DNA of 64,000 bases from an uncultured virus (IMG/VR IMGVR_UViG_3300035162_003174) (lineage: Duplodnaviria; Heunggongvirae; Uroviricota; Caudoviricetes). The stretch is from IMG/VR virus record IMGVR_UViG_3300035162_003174; one strand, given 5' to 3'. Numbering within the stretch: the first letter of the stretch is position 1; each line of letters opens with the position of its first letter. Below the pieces are notes generated by a model. The model searched no databases and was not told where the DNA came from. It saw only the letters and a list, made by a program, of their open reading frames with translations. Below, piece after piece: positions 59,367 to 64,000 of this stretch. Both the position numbers and the translations under genes were made by a program.

Positions 59367-59926
59367 TATTTTTTATTTTCACTTATAAAAAAAACTTTAT
59401 TTTTAGAGTTAATCATCTCAACCTCATTAGCGTTATAGATTGGTTTTTCACTTCCCTTTCTGACGAATGAATCGTACTTATACGGATTATAAGTGATTAT
59501 GTTTTCATTTGGCTCATCAGGTAAATCTTCACACGGGTAATTACAAAACTCCACTAAGGTTCCGATAACAAACGCGTGGACATTTTTTCTCATCTCATCC
59601 CTTACTTTTTCTTTTCCTCCCTGTCTAACTCTAAACTCTACGTCATTTAATTTAACGTAATCGGCATACATAACAATTTTACCCTTATATGAAACTGAAA
59701 ATGTGTGTTTATGTAAATTATAATAAACCATAACTTTTTCACCTACGTAGTTTACCTCTTGATTATTGTTACCACATTTATGACAAATATATGGGTCATC
59801 CCCACCGTCACTTAAATCCCAAGACCAACCACAATCATCACACACAACTTTTTCGCCCTCGATACCTTCACACATATGTACCATACAACTTTTAATTAAA
59901 TTTATCTCTTTTATTAATTTTTTCAT
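59366..59926 (-). CDS. Hypothetical two-domain protein with a zinc ribbon
   Basis: CDDCGWSW...DPYICHKCG followed by a VYYNLHK..FSV...RKNVHAFV.G domain. Confidence 0.65.
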   Translation of the reverse strand: MKKLIKEINLIKSCMVHMCEGIEGEKVVCDDCGWSWDLSDGGDDPYICHKCGNNNQEVNYVGEKVMVYYNLHKHTFSVSYKGKIVMYADYVKLNDVEFRVRQGGKEKVRDEMRKNVHAFVIGTLVEFCNYPCEDLPDEPNENIITYNPYKYDSFVRKGSEKPIYNANEVEMINSKNKVFFISENKK

Positions 59927-60438
59927 ATCCCTCTAAATTCACCGTCATTAACAGGTGCTGCAATTATACTTCGGTAGAAAGGTTTGTAACCTCCATACGT
60001 ATGTTTATTATCACTAACAACTCGGCCGTCATTTACAACTGAATAATATCTTACTCGGTCCTCAGTTTCATAATACCCTAAGTAATCACCATAATCGATG
60101 TCGATATTTAACTCATCTAACGATTCTTGATAGACACCCACTTTTAAGTTCCCGGGCTCCATTTGAGATAAGTTAGAACTAGCATAATTTTGATTATCAG
60201 GTGACTCAATGGTAACATAACCTTTAAACTCTACAGGTGGTAAAAATTGTATTCCGTCTTCTAATGATTCACCATAAACATCGTCAGTTTTTGTTTTTTG
60301 TCGGTCAACCCGATATAAAACTATAGTAAAATGCATGTCACCCTCAAGCCATTCTCGACCCATACTTTGTTCTAAACCAAAATCTTCGGACCCAAAAAAC
60401 TTCTCTAATCGTGTTATAGGTATCTTTCTGTTACTCAT
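59923..60438 (-). CDS. Head closure / neck protein-like (gp14-type)
   Basis: VLYRVD...DDVYGE...F.PPVE and L..L.IDI..GD motifs; it is the first gene of the tail operon. Confidence 0.6.
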   Translation of the reverse strand: MSNRKIPITRLEKFFGSEDFGLEQSMGREWLEGDMHFTIVLYRVDRQKTKTDDVYGESLEDGIQFLPPVEFKGYVTIESPDNQNYASSNLSQMEPGNLKVGVYQESLDELNIDIDYGDYLGYYETEDRVRYYSVVNDGRVVSDNKHTYGGYKPFYRSIIAAPVNDGEFRGI

Positions 60439-60441
60439 ATA

Positions 60442-60472
60442 TTGATAAATACATAGTTTATTGTTATATTAT
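60442..60472 (+). promoter_or_regulatory. Sigma70-like promoter of the SNF2 gene, overlapping a divergent TATTTATC motif
   Basis: TTGATA-N17-TATATT with TGn extension. Minus-strand TATTTATC (60444-60451) and TATTTATA (60470-60477) overlap it. Confidence 0.55.
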
Positions 60473-60484
60473 AAATATCTCAAT

Positions 60485-62248
60485 ATGGAAAGTAATAAAG
60501 ATAAATTATCCAAAATACCTGAAGTAAGGGCTCAACGTATATTAGAAGTATACGATGGGTTCAATAACTATATACAATCTATTCAAAAGAAGTTTAGAGA
60601 ACAGAAACATTTTAAACTCACAAGAGCCCAATCAGACTATATTAATACTTACCATAATCTTGTCCCAAAAATAGCGAGAAAATGGGTTGATTTAGATAGT
60701 TATTTTGGTAAAAAAATGATGGAGGATAAGTTACTTACAAAAGTACCTGAAAAAATATTTGTTGAAAAACTTTTAGTAGAAAAAGATAAGTCCTTTCACA
60801 TTTGGGGTAAAATCTTTGAGAGTGAAAAATTACACTCATTTTGGTTACCTCGTGTATCATTGATTAAAACTCAAGAGAACCTAAAAGTATCGATTGACTA
60901 TTCAAAATATTCTCATCGTCCACCGTTAGAACATCAGATAGAGTCAATTGAAAAATTGGCGACACATGATAAATATATTTTAGCGGATGATATGGGTTTA
61001 GGTAAAACTACTTCTACAGTAATAGCCGCTTTAGAATCTGGAGTAGAAAGAGTTTTAATTGTTTGTCCGGCATCTTTAAAATTTAATTGGAAAAGAGAAA
61101 TTGAAAATTATACCGATAAAACAATATCAATTGTTGAGGGTAAGAAATGGGAGAGCGCCGACTTTGTAATAATAAATTACGATATTTTAAAAAATTTCCA
61201 TGACTTAAAAAATAAAGAAGAATCTATTATTCTACAAGAAGGGTTTGATTTAGTAGTTGTGGATGAGGCCCATTATATACAAAATGTACAAGCTAAACGA
61301 ACTAAACTTATTAACGACATAATTAATTCAATAGGTAAAGTGTGGTTATTAACGGGAACCCCAATGACATCGAGACCTATAAATTATTATAATTTACTAA
61401 ATTTAGTTGAGTCCCCCGTTGCATATAATTGGATGGCTTATGTTATTAGATATTGTGAGGGGTACCAATTTAATGTAGGTAACCGTAGAGTTTGGAACGT
61501 AAATGGGTCATCTAATTTAACTGAACTACGTGATAGAACTAAAACCCATGTACTACGAAGATTAAAACAAGACATTTTAGATTTACCTGATAAAATAATT
61601 ACACCAATTTATTTAAATTTAAAGTCTAGAGACTATGAAGGACTAATGGGTGAATATTATAATTGGATTGAAGATGACAGTGAACAGAAATCATTAACCG
61701 TTCAATTCTCTAAACTAATGAAAGTAAGACAAGTCATCGCTGAGAGTAAAGTCAATGAGACCTGTGAATTAGTTGAAAATATAATTGAGCAGGGGAAAAA
61801 AGTTATTGTATTCACAAATTTTACTGACGTTTTAAATAGAATAACCGACCATTTCGGGAACAAAGCGGTTAAGTTAGATGGGAAAATGAGTAAAATTGCT
61901 AGACAAAACTCGGTAGACCAATTCCAAGAAAATGATAAAATTAAAGTCTTTGTCGGTAATTTAAAAGCCGCTGGTGTTGGTATAACATTAACCGCTGCGG
62001 AAGCCGTTATAATGAATGACTTATCTTTTGTACCTTCAGACCACTCACAAGCTGAAGATAGGGCATATCGATATGGTCAAAATTCAAATGTTTCAGTATT
62101 TTACCCAATCTTTGAAAATTCTATTGAAGGGGCGATTTATGATATTTTGTCCCGAAAAAAGAATATATTTGAGACAGTTATGGGTGATAACGAAGATAGA
62201 GGAGACATTATGGAACAAATTATAAATCAAATATCAGTAAGACGATGA
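60485..62248 (+). CDS. SNF2-family (HARP/SMARCAL1-like) helicase
   Basis: LADDMGLGKT, VVDEAH, LLTGTP, LRRLK, AAGVGITL and QAEDRAYRYGQ motifs. The ATG at 60485 is preferred over the TTG at 60461. Confidence 0.92.
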   Translation: MESNKDKLSKIPEVRAQRILEVYDGFNNYIQSIQKKFREQKHFKLTRAQSDYINTYHNLVPKIARKWVDLDSYFGKKMMEDKLLTKVPEKIFVEKLLVEKDKSFHIWGKIFESEKLHSFWLPRVSLIKTQENLKVSIDYSKYSHRPPLEHQIESIEKLATHDKYILADDMGLGKTTSTVIAALESGVERVLIVCPASLKFNWKREIENYTDKTISIVEGKKWESADFVIINYDILKNFHDLKNKEESIILQEGFDLVVVDEAHYIQNVQAKRTKLINDIINSIGKVWLLTGTPMTSRPINYYNLLNLVESPVAYNWMAYVIRYCEGYQFNVGNRRVWNVNGSSNLTELRDRTKTHVLRRLKQDILDLPDKIITPIYLNLKSRDYEGLMGEYYNWIEDDSEQKSLTVQFSKLMKVRQVIAESKVNETCELVENIIEQGKKVIVFTNFTDVLNRITDHFGNKAVKLDGKMSKIARQNSVDQFQENDKIKVFVGNLKAAGVGITLTAAEAVIMNDLSFVPSDHSQAEDRAYRYGQNSNVSVFYPIFENSIEGAIYDILSRKKNIFETVMGDNEDRGDIMEQIINQISVRR

Positions 62249-62266
62249 AGATTTCTAATTGACCAT

Positions 62267-62274
62267 TATTTATA
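62267..62274 (+). promoter_or_regulatory. Putative late promoter motif TATTTATA (plus strand)
   Basis: 11 nt upstream of the sod-fusion ATG; the orientation follows the gene strand. Confidence 0.6.
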
Positions 62275-62285
62275 ATTAAAAGAAA

Positions 62286-63848
62286 ATGAAGTTCAAAAGA
62301 TTAATAAATAAAATCTCATTTATAGAACATAAATTAAATAGCCGAGAAGAATTAACAGAAGTTAATCACAAAAACTCGCAATTCCCTAAAGAAATTTTAA
62401 CAGAAATGAAAAAAATAGGTATTGAAAAATTGCCGTACTCTTATTCTGCCTTAGAGAGATTTATAGACTCAGAAACTATGGATACTCACTATAACAAACA
62501 CTATAAAGGATACGTAAAAAAATTAAATGACGCGCTATCAAGTAAAATTGATGGAGATATTGGATTAGAACAAATAATAAAAGGTATATCGAGATATAAT
62601 AAAACAATCAGAGACAATGGTGGAGGAGTATTTAACCACTCACTTTTTTGGAAAATCATGTCACCTGAAAAACAAAAAGCTCATGGAGAAATCTACAATA
62701 AAATAATCAAAGATTTTGATAATTTTCCAAAATTTAAAAAAATATTTAGTAATGAGGCACTTAAAAACTTCGGGTCTGGATGGACATGGTTGGTTCTGAC
62801 TAAATCGGGTAGGTTAAAAGTTATGTCAACACCGAACCAAGATAACCCATTAATGGATGTTGTAAAAAATGGTGGTTATCCATTACTTTGTTTAGATACA
62901 TGGGAACACGCATATTACTTAAAATATCGTAATAAAAGAGATGACTATATAAGGAATTTTTGGTCGGTAATTAATTGGGATTACGTTAACGAATTATACG
63001 TATCTCAAACATCAAAAAAATTAAATGAGACAAAAATAGTAAAAAGTATTATCTCTGAAGGGGCAAGTGCCGGATGTAATAGAAATCAAGTTCAAACATA
63101 TAGACGACTATTTAATACTAATCCTGAAATTAAAAAACGTTTTATGTATACCATTATGGATATATTAAAAGAGGTCTTTTCAGAATATTGGTATGAAAAA
63201 AATAAGTACTCTGAAGGTCAAATGTCAGGTATTTACGATTACGAACAAAAAGGTCGTTCAGTTATTAATAAATTAAACACTAATTATACTGCGTTTTGTA
63301 CATTAGTTAGTGATATTAATAAGTACTTAAGAAAATATGGTATCGATGCCATTAACTTTAACGATAAAAACCGTAACCAACAATTATCGGAAGTAGATAG
63401 ATTAAATAAATATTTAGTTGAATTAAGATATAGTATTTTTAATTCAGACTCCCCAACATTTAAAACTATCATGTCTGGTTTAGATAAAACTAATAAGTTT
63501 GGTGATAAACGTGAAGTAGATGCAGTTGTAAGTTTAAGGGAAATTTTTAAAACCGAGAAAGTTAAAAAAGTTGGAGAATTAGGTGATGTTGATGATATGA
63601 TTAAAGGTATTGACGCAATTGTCCAATTACCTGAAGGGGATAAAACCATACAAATAAAACCATTTAACGGAGTTAATAAACGAAACGGTAAAGTGGTTGT
63701 TTATGGTACTGGTAACGTTAAGCCCTATAAAACAGATTACTTAGTTTTCCATAGTGATAAGTTAGGAACTGTTGTTTTTGAGAATAATTCTACCAAAATA
63801 GTTAATGGTAGATACGTTTTTAACGAATCATCTGAATATATTAATTAA
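62286..63848 (+). CDS. sod: Fe/Mn superoxide dismutase fused to a ~270-aa C-terminal domain
   Basis: LPYSYSALE, HYNKH, NHSLFW, FGSGWTWL, NQDNP and DTWEHAYY motifs, with all four metal ligands present. The ORF continues to 520 aa. Confidence 0.9.
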   Translation: MKFKRLINKISFIEHKLNSREELTEVNHKNSQFPKEILTEMKKIGIEKLPYSYSALERFIDSETMDTHYNKHYKGYVKKLNDALSSKIDGDIGLEQIIKGISRYNKTIRDNGGGVFNHSLFWKIMSPEKQKAHGEIYNKIIKDFDNFPKFKKIFSNEALKNFGSGWTWLVLTKSGRLKVMSTPNQDNPLMDVVKNGGYPLLCLDTWEHAYYLKYRNKRDDYIRNFWSVINWDYVNELYVSQTSKKLNETKIVKSIISEGASAGCNRNQVQTYRRLFNTNPEIKKRFMYTIMDILKEVFSEYWYEKNKYSEGQMSGIYDYEQKGRSVINKLNTNYTAFCTLVSDINKYLRKYGIDAINFNDKNRNQQLSEVDRLNKYLVELRYSIFNSDSPTFKTIMSGLDKTNKFGDKREVDAVVSLREIFKTEKVKKVGELGDVDDMIKGIDAIVQLPEGDKTIQIKPFNGVNKRNGKVVVYGTGNVKPYKTDYLVFHSDKLGTVVFENNSTKIVNGRYVFNESSEYIN

Positions 63849-63867
63849 AGAAATGTAGTTTTCTTAA

Positions 63868-63875
63868 TATTTATA
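63868..63875 (+). promoter_or_regulatory. Putative late promoter motif TATTTATA (plus strand)
   Basis: 14 nt upstream of the ATG at 63890. Confidence 0.6.
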
Positions 63876-63889
63876 AAGAAAACATACAT

Positions 63890-64000
63890 ATGTCAGTAAT
63901 TAATGAACCACAAAGAACAAAACTATATACTCGCGTAAAACACCTACTAGGTGCACCAATACGTAGTGTAGAAGTCGAAGATGAAATGATGGACTCACTA
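63890..64000 (+). CDS. Neck / head-tail adaptor protein (T4 gp13-like), 5' part only
   Basis: MSVINEPQRTKLYTRVKHLLGAPIRSVEVEDEMMDSL. LGAP...VE resembles the gp13-type N-terminus; the ORF runs off the window. Confidence 0.65.
   Translation, partial: MSVINEPQRTKLYTRVKHLLGAPIRSVEVEDEMMDSL

Noticed and set aside
60461..60484. TTG start for the SNF2 helicase given by the ORF track
   Set aside because: It falls within the predicted promoter; the ATG at 60485 fits better.
63284..63649. 121-aa minus-strand ORF inside the sod fusion
   Set aside because: Antisense shadow with no recognisable motif or initiation signals.
1..64000. Stop-codon reassignment as seen in some jumbo and crAss-like phages
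   Set aside because: Coding density is near complete in code 11, and TAG (86, 8093, 52311) and TGA (34333, 62248) both terminate genes at sensible positions.
1..64000. tRNA or rRNA genes
   Set aside because: Intergenic gaps are short and AT-rich, and no cloverleaf was recognised by eye. tRNAscan-SE was not run.

Overview
This AT-rich 64 kb window is part of a large contractile-tailed (T4-superfamily-like, jumbo-type) dsDNA phage genome. It reads cleanly in standard code 11. Bases 86-60438 are almost entirely minus-strand. In transcription order they encode head closure, tail terminator, tail sheath, tail tube, a tail chaperone pair, tape measure and very large baseplate/hub proteins. Next comes an embedded replication and nucleotide block (gp32-like SSB, RecA/UvsX, 5'-3' exonuclease, DnaB-like helicase, ATP-cone-fused NrdB, cone-less NrdA). 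Baseplate wedge genes and a long fibre/adhesin cluster follow (SprB-like repeats, vWA-like domains, a ~720-aa Thr-Xaa tract). The right end is plus-strand: SNF2 helicase, a superoxide dismutase fusion and the start of a gp13-like neck gene. A Bacteroidota host is inferred from the class Id-type RNR, the SprB-like and Flavobacteriaceae-type fibre modules, and A-rich leaders without Shine-Dalgarno sites. Signals missing from the ORF track: (1) a strand-following TATTTAT(A/C/G) motif before most structural genes; (2) a second promoter class for DNA-metabolism genes; (3) a conserved leader hairpin at two loci 53 kb apart; (4) a probable +1 frameshift in the tail chaperone; (5) an unannotated ribbon-helix-helix gene with an 11-bp tandem repeat upstream; (6) proteins with (I/L)-x-E leaders that may be packaged in the head. 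All protein calls come from motif recognition by eye, without database searches.
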